NCBI GenBank assembly: GCA_020850755.1
Contig: JADZEB010000025.1
Location: 9,546-73,545, forward strand
Source: Alphaproteobacteria bacterium
Lineage (GTDB): Bacteria; Pseudomonadota; Alphaproteobacteria; Acetobacterales; Acetobacteraceae
Length of the DNA: 64,000 bases
Direction of reading: 5' to 3'
Shown here: piece after piece, positions 46,590 through 55,821 of the stretch
Layout: every line of letters begins with the position of its first letter
Position numbering within the stretch: the first letter of the stretch is position 1
Position numbers and translations under genes: made by a program
Notes under the pieces: model-generated
What the model saw: the letters and a program-made list of their open reading frames with translations, nothing else
Told to the model about the DNA's origin: nothing
Databases searched by the model: none

Positions 46590-47579
46590 ATGCGAGTCAC
46601 CCTGCCGCGTATCTCGCGCCGCCTGGCAATCACCGCCGTGGTGGCAGGCCTTGCCTTCTCGCCGGGCGTCGGCGCCGCACAGTCGCTCGAATGGAGCGCC
46701 GGATCTGTCGGTGGCAGCTGGTTCACCATCGTCACCGGGCTTGCCAACCTGGTGATGGAGAAGAATCCGGATATCCGCCTGCGCATCACGCCGGGCGGCG
46801 GGCGCGACAACCCGACCAAGGTCCAGGGCGGCGTGTCGCAGATCGGCATGGGCATCGACTTCCTCGCCGCCGCGGCGATGAAGGGCGAGGACCCCTACAA
46901 CCAGCGCCACGACAAGCTGCGCTCGATCGGCGGCGGCTGGAGCCCCGCGCCCTTCCACGTCGTGCGCGCGGCCACCGCCCCGGCCGATCTGCGCGAGGCG
47001 ATGACGCGCCCCAACCTGCGTATCGGCACCACCCCGCGCGCCACCTCGGAGGAGCTGACTCTGCGCCGGACGCTGGAGTTCTACGGCAGTTCGTATGAGC
47101 GGGTGCGCCAGCAGGGCGGCAGCGCGATCTCGGTCTCCTACAGCGATCTCACCGCCGCCTTCATCGACGGGCGGATCGACTATTTCTGGGGCGCGGCCGG
47201 CCTGCCTTCCGGCGCGGTCGCCGAGATCGCCGAGGGTCGCCGCGCGGCGGTGCTGATGCCGATGCCGCGCGACCTGATGGAGCATCTGCAGAAGACCTTC
47301 GGCTACGGCATCGGCGAGATCCCGGCCGGCACCTATCCGCGCCTGCAATCGGGCGCGGTGCCGGTGACCTCGCTGGAAGCGATCATCATGGTGTCCGCCG
47401 ACGTGCCGGCCGATTTCGTCTACCGCTTCACCCGCACGCTCCTGGAAAACCGCGGCCGCTTCACCCAGATCCATGCCAGCATGAAGGACTTCAACCCGGG
47501 CACGGCGTGGCGGAACCAGCCCGTGCCGCTGCATCCGGGCGCAGAGCGCGCCTATCGCGAACTCGGGTTCATGCGCTGA
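46590..47579 (+). CDS. TAXI family TRAP transporter solute receptor
   Basis: Signal peptide, then AGSVGGSWFTIVTGLANL and GGGRDNPTKVQGGVSQIGMG, typical of TAXI (TRAP-associated) receptors. GACGGAGG SD. Confidence 0.75.
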   Translation: MRVTLPRISRRLAITAVVAGLAFSPGVGAAQSLEWSAGSVGGSWFTIVTGLANLVMEKNPDIRLRITPGGGRDNPTKVQGGVSQIGMGIDFLAAAAMKGEDPYNQRHDKLRSIGGGWSPAPFHVVRAATAPADLREAMTRPNLRIGTTPRATSEELTLRRTLEFYGSSYERVRQQGGSAISVSYSDLTAAFIDGRIDYFWGAAGLPSGAVAEIAEGRRAAVLMPMPRDLMEHLQKTFGYGIGEIPAGTYPRLQSGAVPVTSLEAIIMVSADVPADFVYRFTRTLLENRGRFTQIHASMKDFNPGTAWRNQPVPLHPGAERAYRELGFMR

Positions 47580-47622
47580 TCGGGACGCGGCCGACCAGCC
47601 ACGCGGCGAGGCTTGGCGGGGC

Positions 47623-49506
47623 GTGCGCGCACTTTCAGGCGGGCTGAAAACGGCGCTGTCCGCCTGGGCGGCGGCGGCGGCGGCGCTGCACCTCTACTAT
47701 GCCGGTCACGGCTTCCCCGAGCCGCTCCAGCAGCGGGCGATGCACCTGCTGCTGTTCGTGCCGCTGGTCTTCCTGCTCTATCCGGCGCGCGCTGCCTCGC
47801 CGCAGCATCGGCCCTCGGGGCCGGACTGGCTCTGCGCTGTCGCCGCCGTGCTCCCCAACGCCTATATCTGGTTCAACACCGATATCATCTATGACCGCGT
47901 CGAGTTCGTGACACCGGTCACGGACCTCGAGTTCGCGCTCGGCATCGCCGCCACCGCGCTGGTGATCGAGGCGATCCGCCGCGCGGTGACGCCGATCCTG
48001 GCCGCGATCGTGGTGCTGTCGCTGCTCTACATGGTGGTGTGCGAATACCTGCCGGGGCTCTGGCATTATCGCGACGTGCCGCCGCGCCAGATCATCGAGA
48101 CCATGTACCTGATCAACGGCAGCGGGCTCTACGGCACGCTGACCGGCATCTCGGCCTCGATCGTCGCGGTGTTCCTGGTGTTCGGCACCTTCGTGCAAGG
48201 CAGCGGCATGGGCCGGCTGTTCAACAATTTCGGCCTGGTCGTGGCCGGGCGCCTTTCCGGTGGGCCGGCCAAGGTGGCGGTGATCAGCTCCTGCCTGTTC
48301 GGCACGATCTCTGGCTCCTCGGTGGCCAACGTGGTCACCACCGGGGCAATCACCATCCCGATGATGAAGCGGCTCGGCTTCCGCCCGGCCTTCGCCGGCG
48401 CGGTCGAGGCGACATCGAGCGTGGGCGGGGCCATCATGCCGCCGATCATGGGGGCGGCCGCCTTCGTCATGGCCGAGATCATCTCGGTGCCCTACAGCGA
48501 GATCATCATCGCCGCCGCCCTGCCGGCTGTCCTCTACTACGCCTCGATCCTGATGGCGGTGCATTTCGAGGCCCAGCGGCTCGGCCTCAAGGGCATGGCG
48601 GCGGAGGATGTGCCGCATCCACGCGTGCTGCTGGCCGACGCGCACCTGGTATTGCCGATCGTCGTGCTGGTCGTGCTGATGATGCAGCGCTGGTCCACCT
48701 ACTATGCCGCCTATGTCTCGGCACTGGCGATGATCGTGGTTTCATGGCTGCGCGCGGGCACACGCATGAGCCCGCGCGCGGTGTTCCACTCGCTCGCCGA
48801 GGCCGGCACATCGATCGCGATCCTGGCCGTGGCGGTGGCGGGAGCGGGCATGATCTCCGCCGCCTTCACGGTCACCGGCACCTTCGTCGCCTTCTCCGCG
48901 ATCATCCAGACGACCGCGGGGGACTCGCTCTTGCTTCTCGGCCTCCTGCTGATGGTGTTCTGCCTGATCCTCGGCATGGGCGTGCCGACGACACCCGCCT
49001 ACATCATCACTGCAGCGATCGGGGGGCCGCTGCTGGCCCGGCACGGAATCCCGCCCATTGCTGCGCACCTGTTCATCTTCTACTTCGCCGTGCTGGCAGA
49101 TGCGACGCCACCTGTCGCCGTCGCCTCCTATGCCGCGGCGGCGATCGCCAAGGCAAGCCCGATGCTGACCGGCATTTTCGCCGCGCGGCTGGCGGTGGGC
49201 GGCTTCGTCTGCGGCATCGGATTCCTCTACGAGCCGGCGCTGATCCTTGCCGCCCCGCTGGCGGAGATCCTGTTCGTCGTCATGGCCATGGCGCTCGGCT
49301 TGTTTCTCGTAAACGCAGCGCTGGCCGGCCATGTCGGCGTGCCGCTTCCGTTCTGGATGCGCGCACCGGCCCTGCCGCTCGGCCTGTTCTGCGCGCTTGC
49401 CCATGGCTGGCCGGAATGGCAGCGTGCCGCGGCCGCGATCGTTGCGCTCGGAACCGGCGTCGCATGGATGCGCCTTCACGGGCGCAGATCACGCCTGCCC
49501 TGCTGA
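47623..49506 (+). CDS. TRAP transporter fused (4TM/12TM) permease, TAXI-type
   Basis: 627 aa, very hydrophobic, immediately downstream of the TAXI receptor. GTG start. Confidence 0.7.
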   Translation: MRALSGGLKTALSAWAAAAAALHLYYAGHGFPEPLQQRAMHLLLFVPLVFLLYPARAASPQHRPSGPDWLCAVAAVLPNAYIWFNTDIIYDRVEFVTPVTDLEFALGIAATALVIEAIRRAVTPILAAIVVLSLLYMVVCEYLPGLWHYRDVPPRQIIETMYLINGSGLYGTLTGISASIVAVFLVFGTFVQGSGMGRLFNNFGLVVAGRLSGGPAKVAVISSCLFGTISGSSVANVVTTGAITIPMMKRLGFRPAFAGAVEATSSVGGAIMPPIMGAAAFVMAEIISVPYSEIIIAAALPAVLYYASILMAVHFEAQRLGLKGMAAEDVPHPRVLLADAHLVLPIVVLVVLMMQRWSTYYAAYVSALAMIVVSWLRAGTRMSPRAVFHSLAEAGTSIAILAVAVAGAGMISAAFTVTGTFVAFSAIIQTTAGDSLLLLGLLLMVFCLILGMGVPTTPAYIITAAIGGPLLARHGIPPIAAHLFIFYFAVLADATPPVAVASYAAAAIAKASPMLTGIFAARLAVGGFVCGIGFLYEPALILAAPLAEILFVVMAMALGLFLVNAALAGHVGVPLPFWMRAPALPLGLFCALAHGWPEWQRAAAAIVALGTGVAWMRLHGRRSRLPC

Positions 49507-49572
49507 CCCCACCTGCAGCGCCTTGCCCTCCGGCTCATCGCACTGCATGGTCCCGGCGCGAGCGCCAACCAG

Positions 49573-51120
49573 TCACGCGCCGGGATCGGGCTCGAAGCGA
49601 ATGCCCTGGGCCAGCGGCAACTGGCGCGAATAGTTGATGGTGTTGGTCGCGCGTCGCATATAGGCCTTCCAGGAATCGCTGCCTGCCTCGCGCCCGCCGC
49701 CGGTCTCCTTTTCGCCGCCGAAGGCGCCGCCGATCTCGGCCCCGCTCGGCCCGATATTGACATTGACGATGCCGCAATCGCTGCCGGTGGCCGACATGAA
49801 CCGCTCCGCCTCGCGTAGATCGGTGGTGAAGATCGAGGAGGCGAGCCCCTGCGGCACGGCATTGTGCATGGCGATCGCCTGGTCGAGTTCGCGGTAACGC
49901 ATCACATAGAGGATCGGAGCGAAGGTCTCGTGGCAGACGATCTCGGGCTGCGACGGCATCTCCACCAGGGCCGGCCGAGCATAGTAGGCGTTCGGATGCT
50001 CCGCGGCGAGCATGCGCTCCCCGCCCGAAACGACGCCGCCCGCCGCCCTGGCCGCGGCCAGCGCCGCGCCCATCGCCTCGAAGGCGCGCGCATCGACCAG
50101 CGGCCCGACCAGGGTGGCGGGCGCCAGCGGGTGGCCGATGGCGATCTGGCCATAGGCGCGCTTGAGGCGGGCCACCAGCGCGTCATGCACATCCTCGTGC
50201 ACGATCAGGCGACGCAGGCTCGTGCAGCGCTGCCCGGCGGTGCCCACGGCAGCGAACAGGATGGCGCGCACGGCGAGATCGAGATCGGCCGAGGGTGCCA
50301 CGATCATCGCATTGTTGCCGCCAAGCTCCAGCAGCACGCGGCCGAAGCGCTGTGCCACGCGCGGCCCGACGGCGCGGCCCATGCGCGTCGAGCCGGTGGC
50401 GCTGATCAGCGGCACGCGCGCATCATCGACCAGCGCCTGGCCGATGTCGGCCCCGCCGATGACAACGCTGCTCAGGCCCGCCGGCGCGTCGCCGAAACGC
50501 TGGATCGCGCGATCGAGCAGCGCCTGGCAGGCAAGCGCCGTGAGCGGGCTCTTCTCGGACGGCTTCCACACCAGCGCATTGCCGCAGGCAAGCGCGATCG
50601 CCGAGTTCCACGACCACACCGCGACCGGGAAGTTGAAGGCGCTAATGATCCCGCACACACCGAGCGGATGCCAGGTCTCCATCATGCGATGGCCAGGCCG
50701 CTCGGTGGCGATGGTCAGGCCGTAGAGCTGGCGCGACAGGCCCACGGCGAAGTCGCAGATGTCGATCATCTCCTGCACTTCGCCGAGGCCCTCCTGCAGG
50801 ATCTTGCCGGCCTCGATCGTCACCAGCCGGCCGAGATCGGCCTTGGCCGCGCGCAGCTCCTCGCCGAACAGGCGCACAAGCTCGCCCCGGCGCGGCGCCG
50901 GCACGCCGCGCCAGGCGCGGAAGGCGGCCTCGGCCGCGGCGATGGCGCGATCGAGCCCGGCGCGGTCGGTCTCCGGCACGGCGGCGATCTGCGCGCCGTC
51001 GATCGGCGAGCGCACGGAAAGCGTGCCGCCGGTATAGGCGGCGCCCGATACGCCCATGCGGGCAAGCAGCGAAGCGGCCTCGGCGGCGAGATCGGCGTTC
51101 GGGGCGGCGGCTATGGTCAT
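49573..51120 (-). CDS. Aldehyde dehydrogenase, ALDH7/piperideine-6-carboxylate (aminoadipate-semialdehyde) dehydrogenase-like
   Basis: GEVQEMIDICDFAVGLSRQLYG, ...FNFPVAVW.WN, ...KPSE, LELGGNNA and GTAGQRCTS (catalytic Cys). Confidence 0.8.
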   Translation of the reverse strand: MTIAAAPNADLAAEAASLLARMGVSGAAYTGGTLSVRSPIDGAQIAAVPETDRAGLDRAIAAAEAAFRAWRGVPAPRRGELVRLFGEELRAAKADLGRLVTIEAGKILQEGLGEVQEMIDICDFAVGLSRQLYGLTIATERPGHRMMETWHPLGVCGIISAFNFPVAVWSWNSAIALACGNALVWKPSEKSPLTALACQALLDRAIQRFGDAPAGLSSVVIGGADIGQALVDDARVPLISATGSTRMGRAVGPRVAQRFGRVLLELGGNNAMIVAPSADLDLAVRAILFAAVGTAGQRCTSLRRLIVHEDVHDALVARLKRAYGQIAIGHPLAPATLVGPLVDARAFEAMGAALAAARAAGGVVSGGERMLAAEHPNAYYARPALVEMPSQPEIVCHETFAPILYVMRYRELDQAIAMHNAVPQGLASSIFTTDLREAERFMSATGSDCGIVNVNIGPSGAEIGGAFGGEKETGGGREAGSDSWKAYMRRATNTINYSRQLPLAQGIRFEPDPGA

Positions 51121-51189
51121 GGCACGATCCTTCTCTCGGTCGGTGCTGGCTCCCGGCGAGTGCGCTCGGGGCCGCGCGGCTGAAGCGGG

Positions 51190-52305
51190 CTAGACGCGCG
51201 CGGCCTGGAGCCTGGCGCGCAGCTTCACCATCTCGGCATAGACGGTCTCGTAGTCGCGCACGGCAAAGCCGCGCGCGAGTTCGGGGCTGGCGGCGCCAAG
51301 CGCGGCAGCGAGCTTGCCGGTGTAGCGCACCATGCCGTCAGCGCCGACGACAAGCCCGTTCTCCTGCTCGAAGCGAGCGTTCCAGGCGATAGCCTCCTCG
51401 CGCGCGAGGCCGGCCGGCAGGTCGAGCGTCATGGCATTGCCGGTCCACAGCACCGGATAGCCGCCGGGCAGGCCGAGCGGCCCCGGCACATGGCCGCGCC
51501 AGGGCTTGCGCGTGGCGATGGCCACGATCAGCGGCACGCCGGCCGCGCCCGAGATCTCGATCGCGGGCTCGGGCGTGAGCTTCACGGCCGAGAAGCGGGC
51601 GAACACATCGGCCACTTCCGCGGCGCCGAGCCAGACGCGGGGCGCCATGCCCTTGCGCTCGGACGCCGCGCGACGCCAGACGCCGAGCGCCTGGTAGTGG
51701 GCCAACATGCGCAGATCGGGCATGCGCAGATCGGGCGCGCGCAGATCGGGCGCGCCCTGCCCGCTTGCGACCATGTGCCCAGCGAAGGCGTTGGCCAGGA
51801 TCGCGACATTGCCGGTGCCGCAGGTGACAGGCAGGCCGAGCGCACCCAGGATCGGGTTGACCACGTCCGGAAAGCAGCAATTGATGAACTGGCAGCCCGC
51901 CGGCAGGGCGGCCGCCACGCGCGCCGAGATCAGCGTCTGGAACAGGGCGGTGGCGCTCAGCCCGCCATCGGCGATGAGCTTGCTCCAGGCGTCGCCCGTG
52001 GTGGCGATCACCGCCGAGGTCTGGGTCGATGCCGCCTGCACCACGACCGCCGGCCTGGTGTCGGCCAGCACGCGCGCGATCTCCTCGCGTTGCAGCAGGT
52101 CGGCGGCGATGCCCGCGAAGCGCGCATTGCCGCCGAAGATCGCGGCGCGCGCATTGCCGGCCGTGACCAGCCAGGAGAGTCGCTCGGCATTGCGCCCCGC
52201 AACCGCGACGCGCACCGGCGCGGTGGTGGTGGCGGCGAGGTCGAAGGCGATGCGGGCGGCGAAACTGCCCGTGCCCAGAACCAGTATGTCTGCGGTGGCG
52301 GTCAT
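51190..52305 (-). CDS. Saccharopine dehydrogenase-like NAD(P)-binding protein (uncharacterised)
   Basis: N-terminal Rossmann ILVLGTGSFAARIA..L....VAVAGRN. The rest has no confident motif. It contains the in-frame PDLR repeat. Confidence 0.45.
   Translation of the reverse strand: MTATADILVLGTGSFAARIAFDLAATTTAPVRVAVAGRNAERLSWLVTAGNARAAIFGGNARFAGIAADLLQREEIARVLADTRPAVVVQAASTQTSAVIATTGDAWSKLIADGGLSATALFQTLISARVAAALPAGCQFINCCFPDVVNPILGALGLPVTCGTGNVAILANAFAGHMVASGQGAPDLRAPDLRMPDLRMLAHYQALGVWRRAASERKGMAPRVWLGAAEVADVFARFSAVKLTPEPAIEISGAAGVPLIVAIATRKPWRGHVPGPLGLPGGYPVLWTGNAMTLDLPAGLAREEAIAWNARFEQENGLVVGADGMVRYTGKLAAALGAASPELARGFAVRDYETVYAEMVKLRARLQAARV
51706..51750. repeat. 15-bp tandem repeat x3 inside a CDS (encodes PDLRA-PDLRM-PDLRM on the minus strand)
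   Basis: CATGCGCAGATCGGG at 51706-51720 and 51721-51735, and CGCGCGCAGATCGGG at 51736-51750. Confidence 0.9.
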
Positions 52306-52344
52306 GGCTGCTCCCCTGGCTGCGCCCCCATGGGCGCGTCCGGT

Positions 52345-53199
52345 TCAGGCAAGCTCGGTCGGCCCGGCCTGCGACAAGGCCTGCGCTGCGGCGGTGACGA
52401 GGGGCGCGAAACGCTCCTCGGCTTCGGCGGCCTCCGCGCGAAGCCGGGACACACCGACGCTGATCGCACCCAGCACCTCGCCGCGGCGGCCGAGCACAGC
52501 GGCGGCAAGCGAGATGTCGTTCGGGTATATCTCCTCGATCGCGATGGCGTAGCCCTGGCGCGCGCTGCGCTCGCGCTTGGCGAGCAGGTCGGGCAGGCGC
52601 CATACGGTCTGGGGCGTGTAGGGCCTGCGCTCGCACCGGCGCAGGATCGCCTGCGCCTGATCAGCGGGCAATCGCGACAGCATCGCCATGCCCGGGGCGG
52701 TGCAATAGGCCGGCAAGCGCGAGCCCACCATCACATCCGTGTTCAGCATGTGGCGGCTCATGAAGCGCGAGACATACACGATGTCGGTATCGTCCAGGAC
52801 CGTCAGGCTGACCGTCTCCTCCGTCGCGCGGCTGAGATGCATCAGATAGGGGAAGGCGCGTTCGGCCAGAGCGCTGCTGCGCAGATAGTGATAGCCGAGG
52901 TCGAGCACACGGATGGCGAGGGCGAAACGCTTGGTTTCCGGATCCTTGCGCAGATAGCCGAGCCGCTCGAGCGTGTGGGTGAAGCGCTGCGCGGCGCTCT
53001 TGTCCAGATCGGTGGCGGCGGCGATCTGTGCAAGGCTCATGCTTCGGCGGCCAGCGCCAAACGCCCTCAGTACGCGGAACGCCTTCTCGATCGAGCGGAC
53101 ATAGAGGGGATCGTCCTCGCGCGCCTTGGGCCCCGTCGCTGCCGAGGCTTTGGTCCTCCGCGCTGCCACTGATGCTGCGCGCAAGGCGCGCCCGCTCAT
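52345..53199 (-). CDS. IclR family transcriptional regulator
   Basis: SIEKAFRVLRAF....MSLAQIAAATDLDKSAAQRFTHTLERLGYL (winged HTH), followed by an IclR effector domain (..GMAMLS, ..GYAI...E). ATG 53199. Confidence 0.8.
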   Translation of the reverse strand: MSGRALRAASVAARRTKASAATGPKAREDDPLYVRSIEKAFRVLRAFGAGRRSMSLAQIAAATDLDKSAAQRFTHTLERLGYLRKDPETKRFALAIRVLDLGYHYLRSSALAERAFPYLMHLSRATEETVSLTVLDDTDIVYVSRFMSRHMLNTDVMVGSRLPAYCTAPGMAMLSRLPADQAQAILRRCERRPYTPQTVWRLPDLLAKRERSARQGYAIAIEEIYPNDISLAAAVLGRRGEVLGAISVGVSRLRAEAAEAEERFAPLVTAAAQALSQAGPTELA

Positions 53200-53334
53200 C
53201 GACGTGGCCTCTCGCCCGCGGGCCCTGCGGCGGCAGCCTGGTATCGTGGTGGGCGTCGCTGCATCATCACCCCTTGCCGAGTAAGGCTGAACACGCATTG
53301 ACACGCTGGGGGTGCCAAGGCAAGCTGTTTCTAG

Positions 53335-53359
53335 AATACAACGTATTGTATTGCAATAC
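53335..53359. promoter_or_regulatory. Operator-like array AATAC-aac-GTATT-GTATT-gc-AATAC (includes the perfect 12-bp palindrome GTATTGCAATAC)
   Basis: Read directly from the sequence. It sits in an AT-rich patch of the IclR/enoyl-CoA-hydratase divergent intergenic region, 22 nt upstream of ATG 53381 and next to TAGAAT (53332-53337). Confidence 0.45.
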
Positions 53360-53380
53360 GCCATAACGGGAGGGCGCGCG

Positions 53381-54160
53381 ATGTCTGGTACCATCGTCAC
53401 CGAGATCAGGGCGCGCATCGCCGTGATCCGGCTCAACCGCCCCGATGTTCTCAATGCGTGGCACGCCGCCATGCGCGCCGAGCTGATGTCTGCGCTGAAC
53501 CGCTGCGAGGCCGATGCGGCGGTGCGCGCGATCGTGCTCACCGGCACCGGCGATCGCGCCTTCGGCGCCGGCCAGGACCTGAACGAGACCAAGACCTTCG
53601 ACCCCGACCGCGCCGAGGAATGGATCGGCGAATGGCGGGACCTCTATGGCCGCATCCGCGGCCTGTCGAAGCCGCTGGTGGTGGCGCTCAACGGCCTCGC
53701 CGCCGGCTCGGCCTTCCAGGTGGCGCTCCTGGGCGACATCCGCATCGGCCATCCCGGCGTGACCATGGGCCAGCCCGAGATCAATTCCGGCATCGCCAGC
53801 ACGCTCGGCCCCTGGATCATGCGCGAGATGATCGGCATCGCCCGCACCATCGACCTGACGCTCACCGGCCGCATGATGGATGCCGATGAATGCTTCCGCA
53901 TCGGCCTGATCAACCGGCTGGTGGCGGCCGAGCGCGTGCTGCCCGAGGCGCTGGCGCTGGCCGCTGAGCTGGCCGACAAGCCGCCGCTCGCCATGCGGCT
54001 GAACAAGGAGCGCTTCCGCGAGATGACCGAGGATGGCTTCCAGGACGCATTGCGCGCGGGCGTGCGCAACCAGCGCATCGCCTATGGCAGCGGCGAACCC
54101 GCGCGCATGATGGAACAGTTCCTCGCCGAACGAGCCGCGCGCAAGGGCAAGGCGGGCTAG
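53381..54160 (+). CDS. Enoyl-CoA hydratase/isomerase (crotonase) family protein
   Basis: IAVIRLNRPDVLNA, ...TGTGDRAFGAGQDL, ...KPLVVALNGLAAG. Confidence 0.85.
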   Translation: MSGTIVTEIRARIAVIRLNRPDVLNAWHAAMRAELMSALNRCEADAAVRAIVLTGTGDRAFGAGQDLNETKTFDPDRAEEWIGEWRDLYGRIRGLSKPLVVALNGLAAGSAFQVALLGDIRIGHPGVTMGQPEINSGIASTLGPWIMREMIGIARTIDLTLTGRMMDADECFRIGLINRLVAAERVLPEALALAAELADKPPLAMRLNKERFREMTEDGFQDALRAGVRNQRIAYGSGEPARMMEQFLAERAARKGKAG

Positions 54161-54166
54161 CCGATC

Positions 54167-55771
54167 ATGGCCGGCGACCTGCCCGGCACCGCCCATCGCG
54201 TGCCGCCCCACCGCGCACCAACGGCCGCCGCCGACGGTTATGACGGCTTCCTCGGCCTGCTCGCGGCCCAGGCCAGCGCAGAGCCCGGGCGCCTGTTTGC
54301 CCGCTTCGAGGGCGAGGCGCTGACGCTCGGCATGCTCGCGGCCCGCTCCGATGCCCTTGCCTCCGGCTTGCGTGCCCAGGGCATAGCGCGCGGCGATCGC
54401 GTCGCCGTGATGCTGCGCAACAGCCCGGCCGCCATCGTCACGATATTGGCGCTGGCCAAGTGCGGCGCGATCTGGGTGCCGGTGAACGTGGCACAGCTTG
54501 GCGAGGGGCTGAAATACATCATCGGCCACAGCGATCCGCGCCTGATCATCGCCGCCGCCGACCTCGAGCCCGTCCTGCGCGATTGCGGAGCCGCGCTGCC
54601 GCCGCTGCTCCTGTCGCACGGCGCGGCGGGGCGGGCGGGCTCGCTCGAAAGCCTGATCGCCACCGAGGCCGCCTTCGACGAGCCGCACCCGGCGGCCGAC
54701 GACACGCTGGCGATCAACTACACCTCCGGCACCACCGGCCCGCCCAAGGGCGTCTTGGTGACGCATCGCATGCTGCGCCTCTGCGGCGAAGCGGTGGCCT
54801 TCGTCGCCGACGTGGCCGATGGCGACATCATGTTCCAGTGGGAGCCACTGTTCCACATCGGCGGCTCGCAGATGCTGATGATCCCGCTGTTGCGCCGCGC
54901 GCGGCTGGAAATGGTCGAGCGCTTCAGTGCCAGCCGCTTCTGGGATGATGTCGCCGCCAGCGGGGCCACGCACATCCACTATCTCGGCGGCGTGATCCAG
55001 ATCCTGCTCAAGCAGGATCCCGCCCCGCATGATCGCGCGCACCGGGTGCGCATCGCCTGGGGCGGCGGCTGCCCGCCCGATGCCTGGCGCCCCTTCGAAG
55101 AACGCTTCGGCCTGCAGATCCGCGAATGCTACGGCATGACCGAGGCATCCTCGATCACCACCTGCAATGTCGAGGGCATCCTGGGCGCGGTCGGCCGGCC
55201 GGTGCCCTGGTTCACGGTCGCACTGCTCGACCCCGAGGGCCGGCCCGTGCAGGGCGAGGCGCAAGGCGAGATCGTCGTGCGCACCAGCCTGCCCGGCGCC
55301 ATCTTCCGCGGCTATTTCCGCAACCCCGAGGCGACCGCGCGCGCGCTCCGCGACGGCGCGCTCTACACCGGCGATCTCGGCTCCTGGGGACCGGCGGGCG
55401 AGATGCGCTTCCACGGCCGCATGACCGATTCCATGCGCTGCCGCGGCGAGAATGTCTCGGCCTGGGAGATCGAGCATGTGGCCGCCACGCACCCGGCGGT
55501 GGCGGATTGCGCGGTGATCGGCGTTGCCGCCGAGATCGGCGAGCAGGACATCAAGCTGTTCGTCCAGCCCAAGCCCGGCGCGCCGCTCGCTCCCGCCTCG
55601 CTCTCCGCATGGCTCGGCCAGCGCCTCGCCCCATACCAGAACCCGCGCTACATCGCGATCGTGCCCGAGTTCGAGCGCACGCCGAGCCAGCGCATCATGA
55701 AGCACAAGCTTTCCCGAAGCCTCGGCGATTGCTGGGACCGCAGCGCCGCCGTGACAGCAGCCAGACGCTAG
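54167..55771 (+). CDS. AMP-dependent acyl-CoA synthetase/ligase (ANL superfamily)
   Basis: INYTSGTTGPPKGV (AMP-binding motif I), ..YGMTE, ..YTGDLG and ..KLSR at the C-terminus. Confidence 0.8.
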   Translation: MAGDLPGTAHRVPPHRAPTAAADGYDGFLGLLAAQASAEPGRLFARFEGEALTLGMLAARSDALASGLRAQGIARGDRVAVMLRNSPAAIVTILALAKCGAIWVPVNVAQLGEGLKYIIGHSDPRLIIAAADLEPVLRDCGAALPPLLLSHGAAGRAGSLESLIATEAAFDEPHPAADDTLAINYTSGTTGPPKGVLVTHRMLRLCGEAVAFVADVADGDIMFQWEPLFHIGGSQMLMIPLLRRARLEMVERFSASRFWDDVAASGATHIHYLGGVIQILLKQDPAPHDRAHRVRIAWGGGCPPDAWRPFEERFGLQIRECYGMTEASSITTCNVEGILGAVGRPVPWFTVALLDPEGRPVQGEAQGEIVVRTSLPGAIFRGYFRNPEATARALRDGALYTGDLGSWGPAGEMRFHGRMTDSMRCRGENVSAWEIEHVAATHPAVADCAVIGVAAEIGEQDIKLFVQPKPGAPLAPASLSAWLGQRLAPYQNPRYIAIVPEFERTPSQRIMKHKLSRSLGDCWDRSAAVTAARR

Positions 55772-55821
55772 GACGAGGCGCGGCAGCCATCCCCGATCGC
55801 ATCATCGCCACGGAGTTGCCC

